Source: Octopus sinensis | Taxonomy: Eukaryota | Direction of reading: 5' to 3' | NCBI RefSeq assembly: GCF_006345805.1 | Contig: NC_043009.1 | Span: forward strand, 72,168,001 to 72,232,000 | DNA length: 64,000 nucleotides | Shown here: piece after piece, positions 51,510 through 64,000 of the stretch | Numbering within the stretch: position 1 is the first letter of the stretch | Layout of the letters: each line of letters starts with the position of its first letter | The notes under the pieces: model-generated | Databases searched by the model: none | What the model was told of the DNA's origin: nothing | Seen by the model: the letters and a program-made list of their open reading frames with translations, nothing else | Made by a program: the position numbers and the translations under genes

Positions 51510-52827
51510 CCACACAGCCACTCCTATTGATTTTTTTTTTTTTTATGCAACTCCACGTTTTTGGTTATGGGGGATCTGATTCCGAAAAAGGTTTTTAAAA
51601 AAATCGCATTTTTGAAATTTCAATTATCCCTCCCAGATTTGTTTTTCTTTTTTCTGTGAAATATGTAGAAAAATAAGATTACGATTCTGAAAAAAATTGG
51701 TTTGTAAAATTTCAATTTTTCAAAAATAAAAATATATATATATAGCCTTCAAGTAGGCTATCCACATGCTAGAAATAACAGTCAAATGTCACAGAACTGT
51801 GATAACATAATGTAATCAATCTACTCACCTTTCTGCAAAGATATTTTTCAGAGTAATTTCCCGCAGTAATATGACAAAGTTATTCATGTGAAATTAAAGT
51901 GTCTTTTTTTGTTTATTTTTTTTAAACTTTCAAAACAACCATTCATTTTTTACATTTAGACAACGGGATGGCTGGAGGATTTTAGGTCAGCATTTTTCAT
52001 TAAAAATTTGAAATTAGAATTTGAATGTGTTTATTTTTTCCATATTTTCAATTTCCATATTTTCCCACATACATTGACGGGGGAAAAAAAAATTCGCAAA
52101 ATGTTTTAAAAAAGAGTTTAAAAAAGAAAGTTTAAAAGAAAAAAAAAACACTTTAATTTCACATGAATAACTTTGTCATATTACTGCAGGAAATTACTCT
52201 GAAAGATATCTTTGCAGAAAGGTGAGTAGATTGATTTACGGATAGCCTGCTTGAAGGCCTGAGGGTATATATATATATATATATATATATTTCACAAAAA
52301 GAAAAAAAATTTCCACGAGGAGAGTAATTGAAATTTTGAAAATGCGTTTTTTTGAAAAAAAATTTTCAGAATCTGATCCTCCATAACCAAAAACGTGGGA
52401 TTCCGTAAAAAAAAAAAATCAATATATGTCCATTTTACCGGAAGTTATGATAGAAAAATTGAATCTTGTGAATTTTCTGCAAGTCCCCTCCCTACCCCCT
52501 AGGCTTGTCAGGTTCAGTTCCCCTATGTGGTTCTTAGAGCAAGTGCCTTTTACTATAGTCCTAGGCCAACTTAAGCCTAGGACTATAGTATCTACCTAAC
52601 CCTATTTGGTAGATAGAAACTTGAAGAAGCCCATCATATATGATGTGTGTGTGTGTGTGTGTGTGTATGTGTTTTTTGAATACTCCTATTGCTGTCCGGA
52701 CTGATGCAAATTAACAATCTTCATAAAATTGTCCTATTATTCTTTTTTACTTTCTGTAACCTATTGAATTGATATAAAAGGATGTGATGTGATAGTAAAA
52801 AAAAGGTCATATGTTTATATTATGCAG

Positions 52828-52989
52828 AAACTTCAATAATATGGAAGTGTGCAAAGTCTGTCCAGATTGGCATGAAATGGGAATCCAAGGGAGATTTTTA
52901 TCTCATGCAAACATGCCATTAAAAGTGCACATTTTGACTGTTCATAAAACTGCTGAATTTGATTTTTCCATCTACCAAAATGACAGGAG
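52828..52989 (+). CDS. CAPN15: SOL calpain exon 9
   Basis: NFNNMEVCKVCPDWHE...SIYQND. Acceptor tgcag, donor gtgagt, phase 2-2. Confidence 0.88.
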
Positions 52990-53659
52990 GTGAGTTAATA
53001 TGTTGTCCAGTTGATGTAGTAATAATAATCATGCCATTAAAAGTGACCCTTCCTTCATCCGGAATTTGACTTTACCACTCTACGCAAAATGACAGGAGGT
53101 GAGTTAATATGTTGTCCAGTTGATGTAGTAATAATAATAATAATAATCATCTTCTAAAGGTACAAGGTTTGAAATTTAGCAGGATAGGACAAGTCGAGTA
53201 CATCAACCCCAGTGCATAACTGGTACTTAATTTACTGACCCTGAAAGGATGAAAGGCAAAGTCAACCTTGGTGGAATTTTAACTCAGGACGTAAAGATGG
53301 ATGACATGCCGCAAAGCATTTTGCCCAGCATGCTAACAATCCTGCCCGCTTACCACCTTGATTAATAATAATAATAATTCTAAAAGGTATAATGGTTGTG
53401 AGGTTAAGGCATTGAATTACTAAAAGCAAATGTAAATTTAATCTTACTGGAATGGATGTATTGTCTACCTAAGTAAGGCTCATCTGGTAATTTACTTTGC
53501 ATGAACAGCAATGACAACAGAGTACCATTCCTACTTCACAGTTGAATAGATAATGTTAGAAGAGCATTTATTTGTAAAAACAGTGATTTCAACAGAGATT
53601 ATCTGACATAAATATGATGCTTGTAAGTATGACAATGTAAAAAAAAAAAATAAAGCAAA

Positions 53660-54010
53660 GTTTGTTTTATTTCCTAGCACGGAAATCTGATACCTGGAGA
53701 AATCTTGCAACCCCACCCTTGTTTGGATGTAGGTAGCTACTAGTCTGAAGGTATAGCCTAAGATGTTAGTCACTAACTTACTACCTTCTGGGTCCAAGAA
53801 AATTGTCCATATTGGAAGATCTAGACCTTTCCAAAACAACATAGCAACTTGGCCTCCTGATCCAAATTAATTTGGAGATGCATACACCTCATAATCATCA
53901 AAGATAGGCATGAAAGCTTAGACCTTGGAAATAATTCTGGTTTTGTGAATGGCCACCACATCTATATCTCATGACCTGACGTTGTTGATTACATGGCCTA
54001 TTCTTAGAGA
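53660..54010 (-). mobile_element. Tx1/L1-like endonuclease remnant
   Basis: IFLDPEG...FRLVATY parallels VFIDPEG...FRLVAVY in ORF 40710. Confidence 0.6.
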
Positions 54011-54199
54011 AGCTATGTTGCATAAAAGTAAAGATTGAGAGGAGCCACTTATCTCCTTCATATGAAAAAACAGTTCTGTCCTTCTGGCTAGTTGTGAGAA
54101 TTTCCAAGGAGTAGTGATGATAAAGATGGTGATAGTCCATCCATTCCTCACCCAGTGTTTTAAATCCAGGTTTTGTTTCCGTTAATGAGGGTGGCCGGA

Positions 54200-56600
54200 T
54201 CTACCTCAATGCCATAGCAACCGCCCTCACACCATCTCGCCATCTTGCCCAGTTTTGGGCATCCTCCTTTTTCAAACCAACCATCCCAATCTCCTCCAGC
54301 ACCTTTTCCTCAGTCTACCTCGCTTTCATGCTCCATTTACCTCAAATGCAGTCACACTCCTCAGAACATGCCCTTCATCCCTCCTCAACACATGCCCATA
54401 CCACCTCACTCCATTCGCCCTTGCCAACCATTCCACCGATTCCTCCAACCCCAGCATTCCCATCAAATCCTCAATCCTCCTCTTACCAAATAGCTTCACC
54501 CTACACATTTCTCTCACCATTGCTCTCTCAGTCCTTCTCAAAATTCTCTCTCCCTCAGACACCATGTTTCACTCCCATACAGCATTGCAGCTCTCATGCA
54601 ACTCCTATCGACCCTTCCTTTCATATTTAATGAGAACCTTTTCCCATTTAACAATGCTGCACATTTCCTGAACTCCATCCAGCCAAGTCTCACTCTTGCT
54701 GTCACAGCTGTTCCACACCCACCATTTACATCTACTCTGTCTCCCAAATAATAAAATCCTCTCACTGTTTCCACCTCATCACATAGCGTTACCTCTGGTT
54801 CTGCCAGCCCTGCAGTTCCTTTCTCATATCTTCCGCAAACAAACTCTCTCACCTGTCTTGGGGGTCACCTTCATTTTCGTACACCTACCATGAACCCATT
54901 TTTCACATCTCATACTTAACACTGCAGTTGCCATTACCCGCCTCCCACATACACTACATGGATCCACCTTACGCACTAACACTTTTCCTTCCATCCCGCT
55001 CACCATCACCTTTGTCTTCTTGATGTTTACCTTCAAACCCTTTCCAAATTCTCCTCTCCAACACCCTTTCCTCAGTCTTCATTGCATGCTCCAATAACTT
55101 CACTCTCCTATACGCCTCACAACTTATTGCATCCCTCTTCTCTTTGAAGATCGGCACCATCACACTTAGTGCCCAATCATCAGGCATTCCTCTTCCATCC
55201 AGTGCACTCTGGCAGAGCTTCATCATCACAACAACCTCCATCTCTCCACTTGCAGTTATCATTTCCACACTTACCAGCTGCCTTTCCTGTTTTTGTTGCC
55301 TTCATTGCCTTCATTACTTCTTGACTAACCCTCTCCACTGGCTCCTTTACCACAGCAACTTCCACCCTCTAATCCCATTCATTCTCCTCGTTCATAATTC
55401 CCTTCATATGCTCCTTCCAAACTCTTCCCTTTTCTTTCTCGCTAATATTCAACCTTCCATCACTCCCCCTCATGCATCTTCCTCCCTCAACATATCTTCC
55501 ATCTTTTTTCATTGATTTAATAAACTTAGACTCTTTCTGGGTTCTCATCTAGCCCGCTCAACCTCTCCTCAGCTTCCTTTATCTGCCTCTTTCTTCCTCG
55601 CTTTTGCATCCCTCGTCTCCATGTTCCAGCACTATGTATCTCCTCAATCTCTCCTACCTTTCGCCCTTCCACACACTTTGTCACATGCCTTTAGTACCCT
55701 TTCCTTAAAAGACTTCCACAAATCCAGTGCATCAATGCTTACCAACTCCTCAACTTTCTCCTCAAAACTTGCTCTTGTTTCTTCTTCCTTCAGTTTCCAC
55801 ACCTTTCTCCTCTCAACTGTTCCCATTCTCACACAACTTTCTTCTTATGCAAGTCAGCAACCACCAACCTGTGCTGCAACTCTCCTGGTATTGTCTTCAC
55901 ATCTCTCAGATACTTTCTGTTTTTCCTGCCAACCAACAGGAAATCAATTTCTGTCTCATTCCCTCCTGCACTGAAAGCAACCTTCCTTTTCTCTGTTTTC
56001 CTAAGCCACATGTTCACCACACACAACTCTTTCTCATCACAAAACTCCAATAACATTCTTCCTTCTACATTTCTTTCCCCAATTCTGTTTCCCCCATGCA
56101 CACCCTCAAAGCCCATTTCCCAACATACCCATTAAAATCACCCATGCCCAAAACCAATTCATCCAAATTACGCAAGTCCCACTCATTCGCCCCATTTCAT
56201 CTAAGAACCACTCTTTCTCAGCAATCCCTCTTCCACTTTGTGAACCATACCCACAAATCACCCTCACCACCTCCTCAAAAGCTAACACTACTGCCATCAC
56301 TCTGTTGCTCTTTCTCCTGACCTCCATCACCTTCTCACAGATTTCTTCCTTCACCAAAACTCCTACACCTCCAGTCTCCTTGCTATTTCTTGACCATCAC
56401 AACTCATACCTTCCTCCCTTGACCACCACAAGTCTTGCACCCTGGCTCCTCCACCTAGCCTCCTACACACAGCTCACATCCACTCTCCCCTTCCTCAATC
56501 CCTCACACACCTCAGTTCCCCTTCCATGCAGACTGCCCACATTCCAACTTCCCAGCTTCTCCACAGGCCTTCGGCCATTATAAGGCAAGTCATGCTTGCT
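54200..56600 (-). mobile_element. Old, internally deleted RTE LINE of a different family (APE, partial RT, PHD)
   Basis: GSWNVGSL, EIDFLL, YRRVKLLEHAMK, FYYLG, MLYGSETW and VRWYGHV. Confidence 0.88.
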
Positions 56601-57842
56601 TAACCCAGGATGAGGGTTTTCACCTTCCTTTTGAGGAATGACACCCATTCTCCTTTGCTATCATGAGGCTTTCTTGGAGCTAGATTTTCTACAGGGAGCA
56701 TGCCTCGCTTATCCCCAACCTCAGTTTCTAGACATGAGTGGTTCTCAGACCAAGGCCTCTAGCACGATTTTTAAGAAATGTGGTGGTAAACTAGCTCGGG
56801 AAGGCAGGAACACTACTCACTGAGACCCCTTTGTAGTGTTTAAATGCACATCTCCTGTATCTGTGAACTCCTAGATTTTTCTTTTGGAGTGGGGGAGGGG
56901 GGCATAAAGTTTTTTTTTTTCTTTTGAGCACTTTCTTTTCTTTCTTAGTTTCCTTGTCTCCATTGTCACATAACATGTCTGAGTGGTCTGAAATTGCAGC
57001 GAAGGCAGGTCTTGGGTGGAAGAAGAGTTGTACTTTACTTCTGTTCATTTTGTCATTGTTTTGGGGTATTATACTGGAAATTTAAAGAGACGGGATTAAT
57101 CACTTGATTTCAGTACTTCACTGTTTTATTTTATTGACCCCTGAGAGATGGTAGGCAAATGTGACACTGGCAGAATTTGAGCATAAAGAGCCACAAGTAC
57201 TGCATGATATTTTGTCTTAAGATTCTGTCAATTCACCACCTTGATGGGAAAAAGAAATTATATTTTGTGAGAAACTTATATGTTTGACTCTTAGGAATAT
57301 AAACTTTTTATTTATATCAAGTTTGGTAAGGTCTTGAATGTAAAGTTTATCTTTTCTTTGTTAGTACCTCAGGGTGCGTGTCTGTGATAAAGTGTAATTA
57401 CCACTGTAATCTACAACACTGAGTCAGTTCTTAGTCATAGTTATTTCACTTATTCAGCCAATACCCTTGGTTGAGAGAAATATGAATTACAATATGCTTT
57501 GCATCCTTTGAAGTGAATAGCTTTGATTTCTCATGAATAATGAATTTATTTTTGATAGTGGTTTAACCTCATAAGTCTTAATTGAGCATACCTAGGATTC
57601 AAGGTGTTCTCCATAACTTTTTTTTCTGCAGGTATGCAGTATATGGGTAAACATTATCAATGTAATTTTTTTCTTTTATTACTATAGTGTAATTTAAGAG
57701 GAATATTTAGTTGCTATTTCTCATAGGTTGAATGGATACAGAACCCTACCTTAGGTTTTGTGATGGTAGAGTAGAAAAACTTTTAAATTTGTTTTATTTT
57801 ATGACAAATTACAAATGTTATAAAAAACTTTTCATTCTTCAG

Positions 57843-58042
57843 AAGCTGTTTTAAAGATGGAAAACCTTGGTTACCTGTTGATATTTTGCTGCTTGTATTT
57901 AAATACAACCAAAATGGTAAATGTATTTTGGGTGACTTAGTAGTGTGGCGGCGAAAGATACAATCTCAAATGAACTTGACTAATGTATTAGAAGTTGGAA
58001 GGTATGCTGTTATCTGCTTGGGTTTTAATCATTGGGAAGTAG
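57843..58042 (+). CDS. CAPN15: SOL calpain exon 10 (SOH region)
   Basis: PVDILLLVF...LEVGRYAVICLGFNHW. Acceptor ttcag, donor G|gtaagt. Confidence 0.9.
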
Positions 58043-58699
58043 GTAAGTCATTCGTACATCACATCTTTTATTCATTTAAATTTTCCTATTGTTTGAAGAG
58101 AGAATTATTTTCTCTTTCTGGCAACTCTTTAAATGAGATAATTTAAAAGCAAATTCAAAGCAGATGATTTTGTTTTCTTTTCATGTTGCTCTAATTGAGA
58201 TAATTTTTTAAAGATTTCTATACTCTTTTATTGGTTTCAGTTTTTAGGCTGTGCTTATGCTTTGACTCCGCTTTCAAGCATCTTAGTCGATTTTGTCTGT
58301 CCCTGTTCTTTGTCTAGCACTTAATTTATTGAACTTCTTTGTCTTTCTAATTTTACTTTATGCTGAATGTGAGGTTTTAGCCAGACCAAATGAAATGTAA
58401 TGATGAAACAGTGAAATAGAAGGCCATAAAATAGAAAAATTATCTTGGAAAGACTAGAAAATCGGTGCAGCAAAGAATACTGTTCTCTGCTGCACCTATT
58501 TTCTAATTGTCCTGTAGGTTGTTCAAGGGATGCTAGGCCACAGTTTTAGGCAAGGGGAAAAGTAGAATGTGAGAAAATTGCCAATGTTCTATGATATGAG
58601 GATCAGGGGTATATGATATTTTGGATTACAAGGCAAGTAACTAAAGAGTCATGTCATTGTGGCTGAGAAATGTGTACAAACAGACTAGTTGTACTCCTG

Positions 58700-59240
58700 C
58701 ATTTATTGGTTCTGAAACAAAAGAAGCATGGAAGTGCTACTTTGACAGGTTGAATGTGGAATATGCATCAGAAAGAGTGGATCTTGCTAGCATGGTCCAT
58801 CATAATTGCCCTTGAAATGCTTAAATGGCCCAATGGGATATGGACTATTCAGCTGTGTAGTAAATGAGGTTCTACGTCAAGGTGTCATATCACAGTCAAC
58901 TGTTATAAGAACAAAGAAGATGCCTTAGAGAAAGGTAACTACAGAGGAATCAAATTGTTTGAGAAAGTCATGAAACTTGCAGAATGATTGCTCTGTTTAT
59001 TTGAGAGAAAGTCAGCCTAGCTGAAATACAGTATGGTTTTGTGCCAGGAAGAACTACTACTGATGCCATCTTCCTAGTGAGACCACTGCAAGAGAAGTAC
59101 TTAGCTAAAGCTAAATTGCTATACCTAGCCTTTGCCAACCTGGAAAAAGTTTTTGACAAAAATTCTTCACTCAGTGATCTATTGATCACTGAGGAAATTG
59201 TGGGGTAAAGGAATGGTTTGTGAGAGTCATACATGTGCCT
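58700..59240 (+). mobile_element. Degenerate RTE RT fragment
   Basis: NYRGIKL and QYGFVPGRTTTDAIFLVR...LYLAFANLEKVFD are readable on the plus strand. Confidence 0.75.
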
Positions 59241-59559
59241 ATTTTTTGGAGCAATTTATGGTTTTAGTTGTTGACTGTAGTTATTCTGGGGATACCTAGC
59301 ATATAGTTAATTACATTGACTATTATTGTTTTTAATACTCATTTTACTAATCTTGGAAGGTTGAAGGGCAAAGAGTCCTGGAACTGGATATGAAATGAAA
59401 ACAATTAAATCCTTTAGCATGCTTTGTTCAGTGTTCTGATTACTATTAATATGCAGTTTTTATTTTTTCCTTTCCTTTCCCCCTAACTGGAAAGTAGAAA
59501 TGAAAACTGAGACCTTATGTGTTTATAAATAAAGATATTCCAGCCTTGAGCATCTTATT

Positions 59560-59922
59560 TTCTAAATGTCAAATCACATTATTCAATGTATTCATCCACT
59601 TTAAGCTCCATCAGCATCATCTATACTGGCTTGGTCATGTATATTGCATGCTGGACAGGAAGATCCCAAAAGACCTCCTGTATGGGGAATTGGCCACCAG
59701 CACAAGAGCGCAAGGATTACCTCAACTTTGTTTCAAGGATGTCTGCAAGAGAGATATGAAGTTGCTTGATCTGGACCTGTTACACTCTTGGAGTGTTTGG
59801 TGTTAGGGAGGGCATCCAGCCATAGAAACCATGCCAGATCAGACTGGAGTCTGATGCAACCTTCCAGCTTGCCAGCTCTGGACAAACCATCCAACCATAC
59901 CAGCATGGACAACAGATGTTAA
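59560..59922 (+). mobile_element. RTE-BovB-like C-terminal fragment plus an RTE tail
   Basis: WLGHV...RKIPKDLLYGEL...FKDVCKRDMK. Confidence 0.7.
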
Positions 59923-60065
59923 ATTATTTTATATACACACACATATATATATTGGCAAATCAAAATTAAAAACAAGATAAACAACAAAAGTCAAGAGGAT
60001 GTACATGATGAATGTATTAGACTGATGCTCAGAGAAAGTCTAAGATGGAAAAAAAGTGGGGATGG

Positions 60066-60095
60066 GACATTTCAAGCATAGCTCTTCATCAGAAG
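60066..60095 (-). ncRNA. Degenerate hammerhead motif in a Penelope-type remnant
   Basis: Minus strand reads CUGAUGA-a-GAGC-uau-GCUU-GAAAUGUC. Confidence 0.45.
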
Positions 60096-60204
60096 AGGCA
60101 AAAGTTCAGAGAGAAGGAAAGGAATAGCCTGAGAAAAACATGTCATTACATGGCTGAAAAACACACACACATACACACATATGTATGTGTATGTATATAT
60201 ATAT

Positions 60205-60694
60205 ATATATATATATATAAAACTCAACTTGTGTGTGTGTGTGTGTTTAACTTCCCGGCACATCTCCTCCTAGCCAACAAATCGTAGAACCACCCAAAAT
60301 GGGTCACTTAAAGTTTAGGCGAATGAAAATTGAACTGCGCTATTTCTGTTCTGAAATTCATCTCACAAGTGCAAAAATCGATAATGTGTTTGTTTAGGCC
60401 TTATCCCATGCATTGAATAGTGAACTTTACTCGGTCAGCTGTTTGACGTGAACTGTGTTCACCACGCTTGCAAGCATGCGTAAATTGCATGAAAAATAAA
60501 AAATCAAGATATAAAAACAAATCGCCATAAACATTGTAGAAATTCGGCAAAGAAATGAATTTTTGGGATGTAGCCTGGAAGGTTTTTTCGTATTAATCGT
60601 TTGGACTTTGTGAACACATACCAATTGTTTTCATAACATTTTTAACGCTTTGAATTAAATGTGACCATTTTGCAAAGCCGGGCAATACTGCTAG
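60205..60694 (+). mobile_element. Non-autonomous Helitron (5' end approximate)
   Basis: The 3' end gccgggcaatactgCTAG|t matches the end at 7373. The start is tatataaaa followed by (GT)n. Confidence 0.7.
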
Positions 60695-62771
60695 TATATA
60701 TATATATATATATATATATAGGTAATAATCTTCAGCCAACTTGTTTATAAACTTTGCATGGGAAGTGTAGTTATAGTCAAAGATGGTCAATGAGAACATG
60801 AATCTTACATGATGACTACTTAGAACAGAAGAAATTAAATGCTAAAATATATTCAATCCACACTGTAAAGTGATTGTTTGGAAGTGTATCCAGCTGTAAA
60901 AATTTTCTTTTATGTGAAAGAGGATATCTTCATGCAGAATATCATTTAGTGTGTGTGTATGTCTGTATTTTTGTGTTTTACAGCTGTAAATACCTTGAGG
61001 TATTTAAGCCTTAAATGAGAGAGAACCCATAAACTTAACCAGTCAACAAGGACCAATAAAAGGAGTGCCAGACTAAGTAATGGGTTTAACATAATTGACT
61101 AAAATTCTAAAAACTCTTGTCTCTGGTAAATAAATTAAAGAAGCAATGACTGTTACTACTCAAAGGTAGCGGAACTCCCAGTGGCTCTATATGGTAACTT
61201 CATGTGTCAAGTTGTAAACAACTTGAGACATGCAAGCCAGTTTTAATGAATCATTTTATACGTGAGGCCCATAATTATAATTGTAATTCATATGTGATCA
61301 TATAAACAAAGTGTTTCCCTCATTTACAATTGAGGATGACCTGGTTATATGTCATCAGCAAAAACAATTAGCCTACACTAATTGTTTTTGATGCTGATGT
61401 AATCACGAGTAGGTCTAGACATCTCTCAGTCCTCCCACTCTTGACTTTGGAATTATCCAGGTTATAACAGCTAGAGAGCATGAGGGTTACACTGGCACTT
61501 GACAGGCACTCATTTCAGCTGAGTAGACTAGAGCTGTTTTAAATAAAATGCCTTCCTTAAGGAGATAACAAGCTGTCCAGCCCTGAAATCAAATTCATGT
61601 GTGTGCACAACATCTTAACAATTAGGCCATGTACCTTCACAAGTGTGAGCTTTAAATGTTGTAACATTGGCAAGATACATGATATGAAGTGTATGTGGAA
61701 AGTGTTTTGCCATATGATATTGAATGTAGAATATCAGCAATTAGAAAGTAATGGATTGAATATATATGGTCTGTGAGATGCATTGTTAACCCACTTATAC
61801 TGAAGCACTCTTCTAAGGTAAGCGATATGCAGAGGGAGAGGTTGTTGTTTCCAGTAGATATGTAATCAATAGCTTTCCATCAATCATTATCTTTTCTTTT
61901 GATTGAGAATTGTGTATCTAGGACTACCCTCTCCAATACACCCTTCCATTTTTTGAATGAAGTGTGTTATATGTATGTATGCATGCATGTGCATATCTAT
62001 GTTCAACAAATTAATAGAGTCATTACTTTGTTGAACAGAATGCTCCATGGCATGTCTTGTAGCTGTTTTATGTTCTAAGTTCAAATCCTGCCAAGATCAA
62101 CTTCGCCTTTCATCCTTTTATGGTTGATAACAAAAAACAAAAGTATCAATTGAAGGCAGTGTAAGAACATTAGACTGGATGCTTTGCAGCGTTTGTTTCA
62201 ACTCCTTGCATTCTAAGTTCCAATCTTACTGTGGTCTACTTGGGTTGTAGACTTAACTCATCACCTAGTTGAGCACTGACACCTGGCTCACCACAGGTAC
62301 TTTAAGTAGAGTTCACTCTAATGCAAGAATTTGGCTTGGTTTCTGGTTTGAGGATACCTTACTTCTTCTTTCCCACCAGTCTTAGAGGTTCTGTAACAAG
62401 CGATGGTTACTGCCTTCAGTCTTGATTGAAAGAAGAAAAAAAATGTACATGTCTGCATGTGTATCCATATGTGTGTATATGTAATATTTATATATAATAG
62501 AGAGAGAGAGAGAGGTTAAGCAATATGTTGAAGCTCTCTGGTTAGCTCTTTGTTGTAGTGAATGTTCACATGTAACATATTTATACCATCAGTTGTATGT
62601 ATTTGGGTAAAATCTGCAAAGAAAACATACAGTGAACAGTAAATATGGTACATGTAATTAACAGAAAACATTCTCTCTACACCTTCCTTATAACTGTTCA
62701 GTCTTGTGTTAATGTAACCTATATTATTTCCATGTCCTCTCATTCAAAATTATTATTCTGCTTGTTTATAG

Positions 62772-62944
62772 GTAATTCTACAAATCCAAATCTGAATTCT
62801 GATCCTATTCCATACAGACTTGTACTCCACTGCATTAAAGCCTTTATTCTGAGAGAGATGAAGTTGACATCAAGTTACGATGATTACTTTCTTCTGGCTG
62901 ACACCATCATAAAACTTGTGCTTACTTTAGGCAAAAAGCAAACG
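62772..62944 (+). CDS. CAPN15: SOL calpain exon 11 (last in window)
   Basis: NSTNP...PYRLVLHCIKAF...LLADTIIKL. Acceptor tatag at phase 1, donor ACG|gtaata. Confidence 0.82.
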
Positions 62945-64000
62945 GTAATATACAATTACATTTATTAATTTCTACTTCGGTTTAGTCCTAGGTCACTGCT
63001 GATCAAGCAAGCGTGTAATTGGAGGCAAAGCTGTCTAGCCTGACTATCATGACTCTTCTGTGTTAGGAACTCGGGACCACTTCCAATATATCCCTTTTTA
63101 AGATGGTGGTTAAGCTTTGTAGGAGATGTAGCTGCTATTCTTAACCTGTTGATCTATCACATTGAAGTTGCTCCATTAATCCAAACTCCTTTCTTATTAG
63201 TATGTTTTGATCAGTTGACAACTTACTCCAGTATTTTCATTTTTATTGTGACAAAACAAAACTGTCTTTATCTCCTGCTTTTGGAAGAAGATTGTGTCAT
63301 TATTAAGGTTGCAATCAAGCAGAATCAGACTAAATGGCTAGTGGTTTTTATCCTAGTCCTTCACATTGAGTTTAAATCTCATTCAAATCAACTTTGTCTT
63401 TCATCTTTTTGGGGGTTGATAAAAAAAAATGTACCAAATATGTATTAGTGTTGATGCAATCAACTCTACCACTTCTATGAAAATTGATGAGTTTGTACTA
63501 AAACTTGAAGCAATTCTTATTAAGAACAGTGGATTGACTGAATCCTTAGATCATTGGAAAAAACTTCTTTGCAGCATTTCTTCATGTTCTGCATGCAAAA
63601 CCAGTCAACACCAACTTTATTTTGACTCTGGAGAAATGGAAAGTAAAATACAAATCAAATATTAGAGTTGAGGTTAATGAATATCCAACTGTCCTTAAAA
63701 TTGTTGGCCTTAAATCATTATTATAGGATGGAGAGTTGGCAGAACTGTCAAAGCATCAGACAAAATGATTTGTTACATTTGTTCTGGCTTTTTATGCTGA
63801 GTCCCAATGCCAGCATGGAAAACGGGGTACATTTCTGCTGGACGTCTATAAAATCTCTCTTTTGATATCCTTCAGCCTCTTAAGCAATAATTTGGGTGTT
63901 GTGCTAAGTGCTCCAGTTACCACAGGAATAATTATCATCTGAGTCTTCCACAATCTCTTCATTCCTCTTGTTAGGTCCCGGTATTTCTCTCACTTTTCAA

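Larger units (their letters stand above)
49752..52511. mobile_element. Foldback-type DNA element with long inverted arms, carrying a nested SINE and LINE
   Basis: 49752-49838 plus ~51527-51910 is the reverse complement of ~52140-52511. Confidence 0.82.
18217..62944 (+). other. CAPN15: Calpain-15/small optic lobes (SOL)-family gene, 11 coding exons in window, 3' incomplete
   Basis: All ten introns are GT-AG with matching phases, giving 2151 nt (717 codons). Six NZF fingers, then QGKVGDCW, HAYS and RNPW. No stop codon is reached in the window. Confidence 0.9.

Overview
This is AT-rich, repeat-dense eukaryotic DNA, most likely from a coleoid cephalopod (Octopus-like; inferred from the SINE/RTE/Penelope repeat content, not proven). 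Its backbone is one + strand multi-exon gene encoding a calpain-15/small optic lobes (SOL) family protease. Eleven coding exons (18217-62944) splice in frame at GT-AG sites to give 717 codons: six RanBP2/NZF zinc fingers, a CysPc domain with an intact Cys-His-Asn triad, and the start of the C-terminal SOH region. The gene continues past the window end. The rest is mostly transposon debris: RTE LINEs carrying a PHD finger inside the RT, Tx1/L1-like LINEs, Penelope-like elements, tRNA-derived SINEs, mariner, piggyBac, Helitron and foldback elements, and microsatellites. The most notable observations are: three different minimal hammerhead-ribozyme motifs in introns (one inside a ~460-bp spacerless palindrome); a promoter-like 769-bp insertion with a 6-bp TSD inside a Penelope fossil upstream of the gene; inverted LINE copies flanking the catalytic-Asn exon, where the conserved NPWG reads NPWK (AAA codon, editable to Gly); and a higher-order hairpin minisatellite grown from an RTE 3' UTR. 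No prokaryotic-type systems were seen.
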